Origin: Mycobacteriales bacterium | GTDB lineage: Bacteria > Actinomycetota > Actinomycetes > Mycobacteriales > QHCD01 | Direction of reading: 5' to 3' | Length of the DNA: 64,000 nucleotides | NCBI GenBank assembly: GCA_038253135.1 | Contig: JBBSHJ010000001.1 | Span: 1,901 to 65,900 of the forward strand | In this document: in pieces, positions 9,439 through 18,968 of the stretch | Layout: each line of letters opens with the position of its first letter | How positions within the stretch are numbered: the first letter of the stretch is position 1 | Program-made: the position numbers and the translations under genes | Notes under the pieces: model-generated | The model's input: the letters and a program-made list of their open reading frames with translations, nothing else | What the model was told of the DNA's origin: nothing | Databases searched by the model: none

Positions 9439-10938
9439 ATGACCCGATCCGGTCCGGCCGGTCCGGCCGGTGCGGCCGCCCAGGCCGCCACGCCTCCTCC
9501 TGCCCGCCCCGGCCCACTGTCGATCCCGGACGTGCTGGCCCAGCGCTACGCGACCCCCGAGCTGGCGCGGATCTGGACGGCCGAGCACAAGGTCGTGCTC
9601 GAGCGCCGGCTCTGGATCGCCGTGCTCAGGGCACAGCGTGATCTCGGCGTCGACGTCCCGGACGGCGTGATCGAGGACTACGAACGCGTCGTCGACGACG
9701 TCGATCTCGCGTCGATCGCCGCCCGCGAGCGGGTCACCCGGCACGACGTGAAGGCCCGGATCGAGGAATTCTCGGCCCTCGCCGGCCACGAGCACATTCA
9801 CAAGGGCATGACGTCCCGCGACCTGACCGAGAACGTCGAGCAGCTGCAGATCCGCGATTCGCTGCGGCTCGTCGCCGACCGCGCGGTGGCCACCCTGACG
9901 CGGCTCGCCGAGCTGGCGACCGAGCATGCCGAGACCGTCATGGCCGGTCGCAGCCACAACGTCGCGGCCCAGGCGACGACGCTGGGCAAGCGGTTCGCGA
10001 CGGTGGCCGACGAGCTCCTGCTCGCGTTCGAGCGGGTCGAGCAGCTGATCGGGCGTTACCCGCTGCGGGGTCTGAAGGGGCCGGTCGGTACGTCGTCCGA
10101 CCAGCTCGACCTGCTGCGGCTGGACGCCGGCAGGGTGGCCGAGCTCGAGGAGCGGGTGGCCGCCCACCTCGGCTTCGCGCGGGTGTTCAGCTCGGTCGGT
10201 CAGGTGTATCCGCGCTCGCTCGACTTCGAGGTGCTCAGCGCGCTCGTCCAGCTCGCCGCGGCGCCCGCCAACCTCGCCACCACGATCCGGCTGATGGCCG
10301 GGCACGAGCTCGCCACGGAAGGGTTCAGGCCCGGCCAGGTCGGCTCCAGCGCGATGCCGCACAAGATGAACACCCGGTCCTGCGAGCGGGTCAACGGCCT
10401 GGCCGTGGTCCTGCGCGGCTACCTCTCGATGGTGGGGGAGCTGGCCGGCGACCAGTGGAACGAGGGCGACGTCTCGTGCTCGGTCGTGCGCCGGGTGGCC
10501 CTGCCCGACGCGTTCTTCGCCGCCGACGGCCTGTTCGAGACGATCCTGAGCGTCCTCGGCGATTTCGGCGCCTATCCGGCCGTGATCGCGCGGGAGCTCG
10601 AGCGCTACCTGCCGTTCCTCGCCACGACCAGGGTCCTGATGGCCGCCGTCCGCTCCGGGGTCGGCCGCGAGAGCGCACACGCGATCATCAAGGAGCATGC
10701 GATCGCGGTCGCGCTGGACATGCGCGAGCGGGGCCTGGAGACGAATGACCTGCTGGAGCGACTCGCCGCGGACGAGCGGCTGCCGCTGCGATCGGGCGAC
10801 CTCGCCGACCTGGTCGCCGCGCCACTGACCTTCACCGGTGTCGCGGCCCGGCAGATCTCCGACGTCGTACGCCGGGTCGGCGCGGTCGCGGCGAGATATC
10901 CCGACGCCGCGACCTACACCCCGCGCCCCATCCTGTGA
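9439..10938 (+). CDS. purB: Adenylosuccinate lyase
   Basis: IPDVLAQRYATPELARIWTAEHKVVLERRLWIAVLRAQ...SSAMPHKMNTRSCERV (fumarate-lyase signature). ATG 9439 is preceded by GGGGGGA. The N-terminal ~25 aa Ala/Pro-rich extension is non-conserved. Confidence 0.95.
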   Translation: MTRSGPAGPAGAAAQAATPPPARPGPLSIPDVLAQRYATPELARIWTAEHKVVLERRLWIAVLRAQRDLGVDVPDGVIEDYERVVDDVDLASIAARERVTRHDVKARIEEFSALAGHEHIHKGMTSRDLTENVEQLQIRDSLRLVADRAVATLTRLAELATEHAETVMAGRSHNVAAQATTLGKRFATVADELLLAFERVEQLIGRYPLRGLKGPVGTSSDQLDLLRLDAGRVAELEERVAAHLGFARVFSSVGQVYPRSLDFEVLSALVQLAAAPANLATTIRLMAGHELATEGFRPGQVGSSAMPHKMNTRSCERVNGLAVVLRGYLSMVGELAGDQWNEGDVSCSVVRRVALPDAFFAADGLFETILSVLGDFGAYPAVIARELERYLPFLATTRVLMAAVRSGVGRESAHAIIKEHAIAVALDMRERGLETNDLLERLAADERLPLRSGDLADLVAAPLTFTGVAARQISDVVRRVGAVAARYPDAATYTPRPIL

Positions 10939-11018
10939 GCCCGCTCCGTCGAGCGCTCACCCCAGGCGGCCGATGCGAGTCCGCAGTCGGCTGCTTCTGA
11001 CGGTTGGCGAGGATCGGG

Positions 11019-12110
11019 TCAGCCGGTGGGTGCCGGCCCCGAGCTCTGCCGCACCTTGATCGCGCAGTCCGGCTCGCGGAGCACCGCCGGCGCAGCCCCG
11101 CCGACCAGTGACAACAGGGCCGTCGCGGCGCGGGCGCCGTACCCCGGAACGTCCCGGTCCAGCGACGTGAGCGTCGGGCTGACGATGGTGCACAGTGGCG
11201 ACTCGTCCCAGGCCACGACGGACAGGTCGCCGGGGATCCGGACGCCGAGCTCGGCCGCGACCCGCAGGCCGGCCGTCGCCATCAGGTCGCTGCCGAAGAT
11301 CACGGCGGTGGGGCGGGCGCGGGCCGATACGCCGAGAGCCTCGCGCGTGACCGCGTCGGCGCCCTCCAGCGTGTAATCCGTGTCGAGGCAGCGGGCCCAC
11401 TCGACCCGGTCGGACCCGCCCAGCGCGCTGATCGCCCGACGGCGCCGCCGCTCGTGCTGGAAGACTTTCGGCCCGCCGATGTACAGCAGCCGGCGGTGGC
11501 CGAGCGTGAGCAGGTGGTCGACGGCGACGCGGACGTCGGCGGCATGATCGGTCCACATCGTGGTGACCCGGCCCAGGTCCGGCGCGGGGTGCGGACGTTC
11601 ATCGGCGTCCGGTGCAGCGCACCCGCCCGACGCGCCGTTGATCAGCGGGCCACCGAGCACGACCGCCGGCATGCCGAGCCTGGCGACGGTCTGCACCCGC
11701 GGGTCCCGGAACCGCTCGTCCATCACGATCACGCCGGCAACGCGGCGCTCGCCCCACCACCGGCGGTAGGTCTCGATCTCGTGGTCGAGGCGGTCACCGA
11801 CCACCCGCAGCAGCAGGCTGCTGTCGGCGCGGACGAGCACCGACTCCACGCCGCTAACGAAGCGCATGAAATACTGCTCGGTGGCGAGCAGGTCGATCGG
11901 CCGCGACAGCACCAGGCCGATGGCCGGCGGCCCGGCGCCCGAGAGCGCTCGGGCGCTGCTGCTCGGATACCAGCCGTGCCGCCGGGCGAGCTCCTGCACC
12001 CGCTCCCGCGTGGCGGCCGACACGCCGGGCTGGCTGTTCAACGCGTAGGAGACCGCGCTCTTGGAGATGCCGAGCTCGCGCGCCAGATCGGCGATCGTGA
12101 TGCGGGCCAC
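11019..12110 (-). CDS. LacI-family transcriptional regulator
   Basis: N-terminal HTH MARITIADLARELGISKSAVSYALNSQPGVSAATRERVQELARRHGWYPSSSARALS, followed by a periplasmic-binding-protein-like effector domain. Confidence 0.9.
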   Translation of the reverse strand: MARITIADLARELGISKSAVSYALNSQPGVSAATRERVQELARRHGWYPSSSARALSGAGPPAIGLVLSRPIDLLATEQYFMRFVSGVESVLVRADSSLLLRVVGDRLDHEIETYRRWWGERRVAGVIVMDERFRDPRVQTVARLGMPAVVLGGPLINGASGGCAAPDADERPHPAPDLGRVTTMWTDHAADVRVAVDHLLTLGHRRLLYIGGPKVFQHERRRRRAISALGGSDRVEWARCLDTDYTLEGADAVTREALGVSARARPTAVIFGSDLMATAGLRVAAELGVRIPGDLSVVAWDESPLCTIVSPTLTSLDRDVPGYGARAATALLSLVGGAAPAVLREPDCAIKVRQSSGPAPTG

Positions 12111-12208
12111 GGGGCACCTCCTTCGCCGCGGTGTGGGGGCAGACTAACTGAACCGATCAAGTTCGACATGCCCCATGGGTTTGGGGAGCGCCGTGGGAGA
12201 CTCTCGGC

Positions 12209-13093
12209 GTGAGCACCGCCCGACTGACGGACCTGCCCCTTCGCCACCGCGGCAAGGTGCGTGAGCTCTACGAATTGCCAGGCGAGCGGCTGCTGATGGT
12301 GGCCAGCGACCGCATCTCGGCGTTCGACTTCGTGCTCGAGCCCGCGATCCCGGACAAGGGACGGGTGCTGACGCAGCTCTCGTTGTGGTGGTTCGACCGG
12401 CTGGCCGAGCTCGCTCCCAACCACGTGCTACCGGCCGCCGCGGGTGAGATTCCCGTGGAGGCCGCGGGCCGCGCCGTGGTGTGCGAGCGGCTGTCGATGG
12501 TGCCGGTCGAGTGCGTCGCCCGCGGCTACCTGACCGGGTCGGGGCTGGCCGACTACCACGCCACCGGGACCGTGTGCGGCGTACCGCTGCCGGCCGGGTT
12601 GGAAGACGGCGCCCGGCTGCCCGAGCCCATCTTCACGCCGACGACGAAGGCGCCCGTCGGCGAGCACGACGAGCCGATGACCTGGGACGATGTCGTCACG
12701 GCGGTCGGACCCGACCTGGCCGTGCGGCTGCGCGAGCTGACCCTGCGGATCTACGCCGCCGGCGCGACCGTCACCGCTCGCGCGGGCATCATCTTGGCCG
12801 ACACCAAGGTCGAGCTCGGGCGGCGCGCCGACGGGACGCTCGTCATCGCGGACGAGCTCCTCACCCCCGACTCGTCGCGGTTCTGGCCGGCCGACTCGTG
12901 GCAGCCGGGGCGGGCCCAGCCGTCCTTCGACAAGCAGCCGGTGCGCGATTGGCTCGCCGGCGGGTCGGGCTGGGATCGCACCGGTGGTACGCCGCCCCCG
13001 GCGCTGCCGGCCGACGTCGTGGCGGGGACGCGGGCGCGCTACCTCGAGGCCTTCGAGCGGGTGACCGGGACGTCCCTGCCGAGCGCCGGATAG
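12209..13093 (+). CDS. purC: Phosphoribosylaminoimidazole-succinocarboxamide (SAICAR) synthase
   Basis: GTG 12209. HRGKVRELYELPGERLLMVASDRISAFDFVL...ILADTKVELG...LLTPDSSRFWP are typical PurC motifs. Confidence 0.95.
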   Translation: MSTARLTDLPLRHRGKVRELYELPGERLLMVASDRISAFDFVLEPAIPDKGRVLTQLSLWWFDRLAELAPNHVLPAAAGEIPVEAAGRAVVCERLSMVPVECVARGYLTGSGLADYHATGTVCGVPLPAGLEDGARLPEPIFTPTTKAPVGEHDEPMTWDDVVTAVGPDLAVRLRELTLRIYAAGATVTARAGIILADTKVELGRRADGTLVIADELLTPDSSRFWPADSWQPGRAQPSFDKQPVRDWLAGGSGWDRTGGTPPPALPADVVAGTRARYLEAFERVTGTSLPSAG

Positions 13094-13197
13094 CACGGTT
13101 GTGAGTCGGCAAGGACACGCCGCTATTACGGGCGATTGACGGTTCACCGGCGGTGGTGTTCTATGTGAGCCACGCCACGACCGGTAGTGAAACCGGA

Positions 13198-13209
13198 TGA
13201 ACCGGTTCA
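13198..13209. promoter_or_regulatory. Perfect 12-bp palindrome TGAACCGGTTCA, candidate LacI-type operator ahead of the ABC operon
   Basis: TGAACCGGTTCA lies at 13198-13209. Related half-sites are GGTTCACCGG at 13141-13150 and TGAAACCGG at 13188-13196. TGAACCG recurs at 12149-12155 in the LacI/purC divergent region. Confidence 0.35.
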
Positions 13210-13250
13210 CCTCGGGACGGCGTCGCTCGCATCCGCTCCCGGAGGTATCG

Positions 13251-15074
13251 ATGTCCGCACCGGACCGCACACCCACGTCCGTCCCCGATCCAGCCGCATC
13301 CGGCCAGGGGGCGTCTCGGCGCACCTTCCTGACCGGCTCGGCCGTCGCCGGCCTCGGCGTTGCCGGCACCATGCTCGCCGGCTGCGGCACCGGCAGCAAC
13401 AGCGGCAAAGGCGGCGGCAAGGGGGGCTCCGCGGGCCGGCAGGGCAAGTCCGGCGACACCCTTTTCATCGCCGGGTTCCAGTGGGGCAACCCCAGCAACT
13501 TCAACCCGCTCGGCACGAGTGCCGCCTGGCCCTGCGGTAACGGCAACTGGCAGCTCGTCTACGAGACGCTGATGCGCTTCAACCTCCTCGACGGCTCGCT
13601 GCAGCCCGGCCTGGCCAAGTCCATGGAGCAGAAGGGCGACAAGATCACGGTGACCCTGCAGAAGGGCACCAAGTGGAACGACGGCAAGGACCTCACCGCC
13701 GACGACGTCGTCTACACGTTCGAGCTGGCCAAGAAGCACCCCGAGGTCTCCTACGCGACGTTCTGGGACTATTGCAGCAAGGTCGAGAAGACCGATGCCA
13801 GCACGATCGACTTCACCATCGACAGCAAGACCAACAACCCCGGCATGGTCAAGGGATCGATCGCCGGCACCTATATCCTTCCGCAGCACATCTGGACCGC
13901 CAAGGAAGCCAAGAACAAGTCGATCGGCAACGACCTCAACCTGAACCCGGTGGGGTCCGGCCCGTTCAAGATCGACAAGTTCGACCAGACCCAGGTCGCG
14001 CTCGCGCAGGTCGACAACTACTGGGGCAAGGGCATCTGGGGCACGCCCGCGCCGAAGTACGCCGTACACCCGATCTACAAAGACAACAGCGCCGGCGACG
14101 TCGCGTTCCAGAGCAACGAGGTCGATATCTCTCAGCAGTTCACGCCGCAGGTGTGGAAGATGTGGGAGGTCCAGAAGAAGCCGATCTCGACCTGGTACAA
14201 GAAGGCGCCGTATCACGTGCCCGGCGGGATGCCGATGCTGGTGATGAATACGACGAAGAAGGGCCTGGACAACCCGAAGGTGCGCCGGGCCCTCGCCTAC
14301 TGCATCGACTACGCGCGGATCGCGGCGACGGCAATGTCGAGTTACTCCGTGCCGGCGAATCCCAGCCTGATCCTGCCGACCGGCGGCGAGGCGAAGTACT
14401 TTGACAAGGGCGCCGTCGACAAGACCGGCTGGAAGCACGACCCGGCGGAGTCGAAGCGAATCCTCGAGAAGGAGCTAGGGGCCAAGAAGGGCGGCGACGG
14501 AATCTACGTCTTGCCCGACGGCACGAAGCTTGGCGGCTGGACCGCTCAGTGCCCGACCGGTTGGACCGACTGGCAGAGTGCACTGCGGATTGTCGCGGAC
14601 AACGCCAAGGCGGTCGGGATCGGAATCAGCACGAAGTTCCCACAGGCGCCGCAGGTGACCCAGTCCGTGCAGAACGGCGATTTCGACCTTGCCTGCTGGG
14701 GCGTCGCCGGCGTCGGACCGGCCGCCCCGTGGCAGCGGTTCCGCGACGTGCTCGACGACCGCGGCGTGCCGGCGCCCGGGAAGAACGCCTTCTACAACTA
14801 CGGACGGTTCAAGGATTCCTCCGTGCAGTCCCTCCTGGACAAGGCGGGATCATCGACCGATGACAACTCGCTGAAATCGGCGCTTGGTCAGCTGGACGAG
14901 ATCTTCCGGCAGAACGCTCCGATGGTGCCGCTGATGTATCGCCCGCTGGAGTTCTTCGAATTCAACGAGGCCACCTGGACCAATTTCCCGAGTGCGGCAA
15001 ATCCCTATGCACCTCCGATGTTCCAGGGGGATGGCATCACCTGGATCTTCAAGATCAAGCGGACCACGAAGTAG
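13251..15074 (+). CDS. ABC transporter substrate-binding lipoprotein, family 5 (peptide/nickel/oligosaccharide type), Tat-type signal
   Basis: ATG 13251 is preceded by GGAGG (13241-13245). It has a twin-arginine motif SRRTFLTGSAVAGLGVAGTMLAGCG with a lipobox Cys. Family-5 SBP-like body: FIAGFQWGNPSNFNPL... Confidence 0.9.
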   Translation: MSAPDRTPTSVPDPAASGQGASRRTFLTGSAVAGLGVAGTMLAGCGTGSNSGKGGGKGGSAGRQGKSGDTLFIAGFQWGNPSNFNPLGTSAAWPCGNGNWQLVYETLMRFNLLDGSLQPGLAKSMEQKGDKITVTLQKGTKWNDGKDLTADDVVYTFELAKKHPEVSYATFWDYCSKVEKTDASTIDFTIDSKTNNPGMVKGSIAGTYILPQHIWTAKEAKNKSIGNDLNLNPVGSGPFKIDKFDQTQVALAQVDNYWGKGIWGTPAPKYAVHPIYKDNSAGDVAFQSNEVDISQQFTPQVWKMWEVQKKPISTWYKKAPYHVPGGMPMLVMNTTKKGLDNPKVRRALAYCIDYARIAATAMSSYSVPANPSLILPTGGEAKYFDKGAVDKTGWKHDPAESKRILEKELGAKKGGDGIYVLPDGTKLGGWTAQCPTGWTDWQSALRIVADNAKAVGIGISTKFPQAPQVTQSVQNGDFDLACWGVAGVGPAAPWQRFRDVLDDRGVPAPGKNAFYNYGRFKDSSVQSLLDKAGSSTDDNSLKSALGQLDEIFRQNAPMVPLMYRPLEFFEFNEATWTNFPSAANPYAPPMFQGDGITWIFKIKRTTK

Positions 15075-15092
15075 CGCGGGCGGCCGGCGGGC

Positions 15093-16115
15093 ATGGCATT
15101 TCGCCGTTACATCGCCAAGAAGGCGCTCTGGTACCTCCTCGCGCTGATCGTGGCGCTGGTCTTGAACTTCTTCCTGCCGCGGTTGGTTCCGGGCAACCCG
15201 GTCGACTCCATCATCGCGCAGGCGTCGCGCAGCGGCGCTGAGGGCGATCAGCTCCGCGGCATCCACGATCACTACATCAAGGAGTTCGGGCTCAACAAGT
15301 CGATGATCGAGCAGTTCCTGACCTACCTGAACAACCTGATCCACGGGAACCTCGGGTTATCGTTCGCCAACTACCCGGGCACGGTGTCCTCGCAGATCAA
15401 GCAGGCGCTGCCGTGGACACTGGGCCTGCAGATCCCGGCGATCCTCATCGGCTGGCTGGTCGGCAACGCGGTCGGCGCCATCGCGGCCTACAAGGGCGGC
15501 TGGTTCGACCGGAGCGCCTTCCTCGGCTCGCTGTTCCTCTCCGCGATGCCGTACTACTGCCTCGCGATCCTGCTGGTCTACCTCTTGGCGGTGCAGAATT
15601 CCATCCTGCCGCAGCCCATCCTGCCGGCGTCGGGTGGCTACTTGCCTGGTACGTCGCCGAGCTGGAGCGGCGCGTTCATTGCCGACGTGCTGCGGCACTA
15701 CTGGATGCCGTTCCTGTCGCTGGTGATCGTCTTCATCGGCGGGCAGGCGGTCGGCATGCGCTCGATGGCGATCTACGAGCTGGGCACCGACTATGTGACC
15801 TACGGCCGCGGTCTCGGCCTGCGGGACCGCACCCTGATGCGCTACATCTTCCGCAACGGGATGCTGCCGCAGGTGACCGGACTGGCGCTGTCGATCGGCA
15901 CGCTCGTCGGCGGCGCGCTGATCACCGAGATCGTCTTCTCCTACCCCGGAGTAGGGACCTTGCTGTTCAATGCAATCAGCCAGAATGATTATCCGGTGTT
16001 GCAGGCGATCACCCTGATCATCACGGTGGCGGTGTTGGTCGCGAACTTCCTCGTCGATCTTGCCTACGGCATCATCGATCCGAGGATCCGAGCAGCTCAG
16101 GCAGGTGAGCGATGA
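15093..16115 (+). CDS. ABC transporter permease (DppB/OppB-like)
   Basis: MAFRRYIAKKALWYLLALIVALVLNFFLPRLVPGNPVD, with multiple TM segments and the BPD-transporter EAA-like region. Confidence 0.9.
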   Translation: MAFRRYIAKKALWYLLALIVALVLNFFLPRLVPGNPVDSIIAQASRSGAEGDQLRGIHDHYIKEFGLNKSMIEQFLTYLNNLIHGNLGLSFANYPGTVSSQIKQALPWTLGLQIPAILIGWLVGNAVGAIAAYKGGWFDRSAFLGSLFLSAMPYYCLAILLVYLLAVQNSILPQPILPASGGYLPGTSPSWSGAFIADVLRHYWMPFLSLVIVFIGGQAVGMRSMAIYELGTDYVTYGRGLGLRDRTLMRYIFRNGMLPQVTGLALSIGTLVGGALITEIVFSYPGVGTLLFNAISQNDYPVLQAITLIITVAVLVANFLVDLAYGIIDPRIRAAQAGER

Positions 16116-17023
16116 AGCGTCTGGCACGTTTCCCCGGCCGGTTCTACCTGGCCACCTTCCTGATCACGCTGATCGTGCTCTTCGGATTTCTCGGTCCGGT
16201 GGTCTTCAGCGGCCACAACGCGAACGACGTGGTCGGCGGCCTCTATGACCACCCTTCCGGCAAGGCCTGGCTCGGCACCGACAACATCGGTCACGACGTC
16301 TTCGGTGAGCTGATGTACGGCACTCGCGCCTCGCTGGAGATCGGGCTGCTGGCCGGCCTGCTCAGCACCGTCGTCGGCACGATCATCGGCGTCGTGGCGG
16401 GCTACGTCGGCGGGATGGTCGACGAGATGTTGATGGGTCTCACCAACGTGCTCCTGACGATCCCGCCGATCGTGATCCTCATCCTGATCCTGGTCTCGCT
16501 CAATACCAGCGGCACGCTGGTCCTGGCCATCGTGCTGGCGTCGACGGCGTGGACCTGGACGGCTCGGGCCGTGCGCGCGCAGGCGAGCAGCATCCGGGTG
16601 CGGGAGCACATCGACGTCGCGCGGCTGTCCGGGGCGAACACCTTCGGGATCATGTCGCTCGACGTGCTGCCCTACATGCTCTCCTACATCTTCATGGCGT
16701 TCGTCCTCCAGGTGGCCGGCGCGATCCTCGCCGAGGCGGGGCTCGCCCTGCTGGGCCTGCGGGCCAACGGCGTCTCGCTCGGCATCATGCTGCACTGGTC
16801 GCTCGCCTTCGAGGCGCTGCGCACCGGGGCATGGTGGGCATTCGTGCCGCCGACCGTGCTGCTGACACTGATCGCCTTCGGCCTGCTGCTGTTGCAGTCC
16901 AGTCTCGATGAGGTCTTCAACCCACGTCTGCGGCGATCCCGCAAGGTGCGACGCCTCGCGGCGGCGACTCTCTCGGCGCCGGCGGTCGCACCCGATCCCG
17001 AGGAGGTGGCGGTCCGTTCATGA
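16112..17023 (+). CDS. ABC transporter permease (DppC/OppC-like)
   Basis: 4-nt overlap with the upstream permease. GTDNIGHDVFGELMYGTRASL is typical of the OppC N-terminal region. Six hydrophobic segments. Confidence 0.9.
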   Translation: MKRLARFPGRFYLATFLITLIVLFGFLGPVVFSGHNANDVVGGLYDHPSGKAWLGTDNIGHDVFGELMYGTRASLEIGLLAGLLSTVVGTIIGVVAGYVGGMVDEMLMGLTNVLLTIPPIVILILILVSLNTSGTLVLAIVLASTAWTWTARAVRAQASSIRVREHIDVARLSGANTFGIMSLDVLPYMLSYIFMAFVLQVAGAILAEAGLALLGLRANGVSLGIMLHWSLAFEALRTGAWWAFVPPTVLLTLIAFGLLLLQSSLDEVFNPRLRRSRKVRRLAAATLSAPAVAPDPEEVAVRS

Positions 17024-18147
17024 CAGCGTCCGCTCTCCCCCAGGTGACAAAGCCGCTGATCTCCGCTCGCGGCATTACCGCCGCCTACGTGCCCGACCGC
17101 GGCACGCAAGTGGTCGCGGTCGATGACGTCTCCATCGATGTCCACGAGGGCGAGATCGTCGGCGTGGCCGGCGAGTCCGGCTGTGGCAAGTCCACGCTGG
17201 GTGCGGTGCTGTCACTCAATGCCGTTGCCCCGTTGCACGTGCTCGGGGGTGAGCTCGAGGTCGACGGCGCGGCGGTCGACCTGTCCAACCGAAAGACCCC
17301 GCGCAGCTGGCGCGGGCGGGTCGTCTCGCTGCTCCCGCAGGGCGCGCTGAACTCCCTCAGCCCGACCATCCGGATCCGTGATTTCGCCTGCGACGTCGTC
17401 CGCGCGCACGACTCCAAGGTGAAACGCTCGGCCGCTCTGGAAATGACCCGGGCCCGGCTCGAGCAGCTCGACCTGCCGGGTCGGGTGCTCGATGCCTATC
17501 CGCACCAGCTGTCCGGTGGCATGAAACAGCGTGTCGTCACGGTCCTTTCGACGTTGCTCGAGCCGCGACTGCTCATCGCCGATGAGCCGACGTCCGCGCT
17601 CGACGTGTCCTCCCAGCGCGTGCTCGTGGACATGCTGCGCGAAATGGTGCATCGAGAGATCATCTCGGGTGTCATTTTCGTCACCCACGACATCCCGGTG
17701 CTGAATACGATCGCCGACCGGATCGCGATCATGTACGCCGGCAAGATCGTCGAGATTGCCGAGACCCGCGAGCTCATCGACCGACCGCGGCATCCTTACA
17801 GTGCGGCGTTGCTCGGCTCGGTCCTGGTGCCCGAGCCGCACGTCAGGCGCACCCGTGTGCTCGGAATTCCCGGCGCACCGCCGAACCTCGTCAACCCACC
17901 GACAGGCTGCCGGTTCCGTCCGCGCTGCCCGCTTCGCATGCCCGAATGCGAGAACGACCCACCGCACGCTGGAGACAGTTTTCATTTCGCCAGCTGTTTC
18001 TGGGCCGAGCAGCACGAGGGTGAGAGCGCCGTACCAGCACTTCGCGCGGCGACCGAGAAGATGTCCGCCGAGGAGGCGATCGCCATCGACGCCGCGACAT
18101 CTGCGGCCGCCGTCGGCGATGCCGGCACGATCGAGGTCGAGCGATGA
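17020..18147 (+). CDS. ABC transporter ATP-binding protein (DppD/OppD-like)
   Basis: Walker A GESGCGKST, signature LSGGMKQRV, Walker B LLIADEPTSALD, and the C-terminal oligopeptide-type extension CRFRPRCP. Confidence 0.9.
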   Translation: MTASALPQVTKPLISARGITAAYVPDRGTQVVAVDDVSIDVHEGEIVGVAGESGCGKSTLGAVLSLNAVAPLHVLGGELEVDGAAVDLSNRKTPRSWRGRVVSLLPQGALNSLSPTIRIRDFACDVVRAHDSKVKRSAALEMTRARLEQLDLPGRVLDAYPHQLSGGMKQRVVTVLSTLLEPRLLIADEPTSALDVSSQRVLVDMLREMVHREIISGVIFVTHDIPVLNTIADRIAIMYAGKIVEIAETRELIDRPRHPYSAALLGSVLVPEPHVRRTRVLGIPGAPPNLVNPPTGCRFRPRCPLRMPECENDPPHAGDSFHFASCFWAEQHEGESAVPALRAATEKMSAEEAIAIDAATSAAAVGDAGTIEVER

Positions 18148-18953
18148 GTGAGCCCGCCAACACCGGCGACCTCCTCGTCGCCGAGCACGTCAGTCGCGAC
18201 TTCGGCCACGGTGAGCACACCGTCAAGGCGGTCGCCGACGTCTCCTTCACCGTCGGCCGGCGGGAGATCGTGTCGATCGTGGGGGAGAGCGGCAGCGGCA
18301 AGACGACCGTCGCCCGCATCGTGCTCAAGCTCCTGGCGCCGACCGCCGGCACGCTGTCCTTCGATGGGCACGACGTCACCAAGCTGGGCCGGGCCGGCCT
18401 CAAGGCATACTGGCGCAACGTCCAGGCGGTGTTCCAGGACCCGTTCAGCGCCTTCAACCAGTTCTTCACCGTACGACGGCTGCTCGAGCGGTCCGCGAAG
18501 CTCGATGCCACCGCGACCCGTGGTGGCCGGATCGAAGAAGCGCTCGGCCACGTCGGTCTCCCGCCGGAGACGATGGCCAAGCGACCGCACCAGCTCTCCG
18601 GCGGGCAGCGGCAGCGGGTGATGATCGCGCGGGCACTGATGTTTGCGCCCAAACTGCTCGTGGCCGACGAGGCCACGTCCATGCTCGATGCGTCGCTGCG
18701 CGTCAACATCCTCAACGTTCTGCAGGACCTGCGCAACGACCTGGGAATGTCGATCCTCTTCATCACGCACGACATCGGCCAGGCCTGCTACGTCTCGGAT
18801 CGGATCCTCGTCATGTCCAAGGGCGAGATCGTCGAGTCGGGGCCGACCGACGACGTCATCTTCGCCCCGCAGCATGAATACACCCGGCGCCTGCTGGCCG
18901 ACGTACCGAAACTGCACGAGGACGAGACCAGCCTCGGATCGGCGAGCGGTTAG
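18144..18953 (+). CDS. ABC transporter ATP-binding protein (DppF/OppF-like)
   Basis: Walker A GESGSGKTT, signature LSGGQRQRV, Walker B LLVADEATSMLD. 4-nt overlap with the previous gene. Confidence 0.9.
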   Translation: MSEPANTGDLLVAEHVSRDFGHGEHTVKAVADVSFTVGRREIVSIVGESGSGKTTVARIVLKLLAPTAGTLSFDGHDVTKLGRAGLKAYWRNVQAVFQDPFSAFNQFFTVRRLLERSAKLDATATRGGRIEEALGHVGLPPETMAKRPHQLSGGQRQRVMIARALMFAPKLLVADEATSMLDASLRVNILNVLQDLRNDLGMSILFITHDIGQACYVSDRILVMSKGEIVESGPTDDVIFAPQHEYTRRLLADVPKLHEDETSLGSASG

Positions 18954-18968
18954 CTCCGCCCGGGGCGG

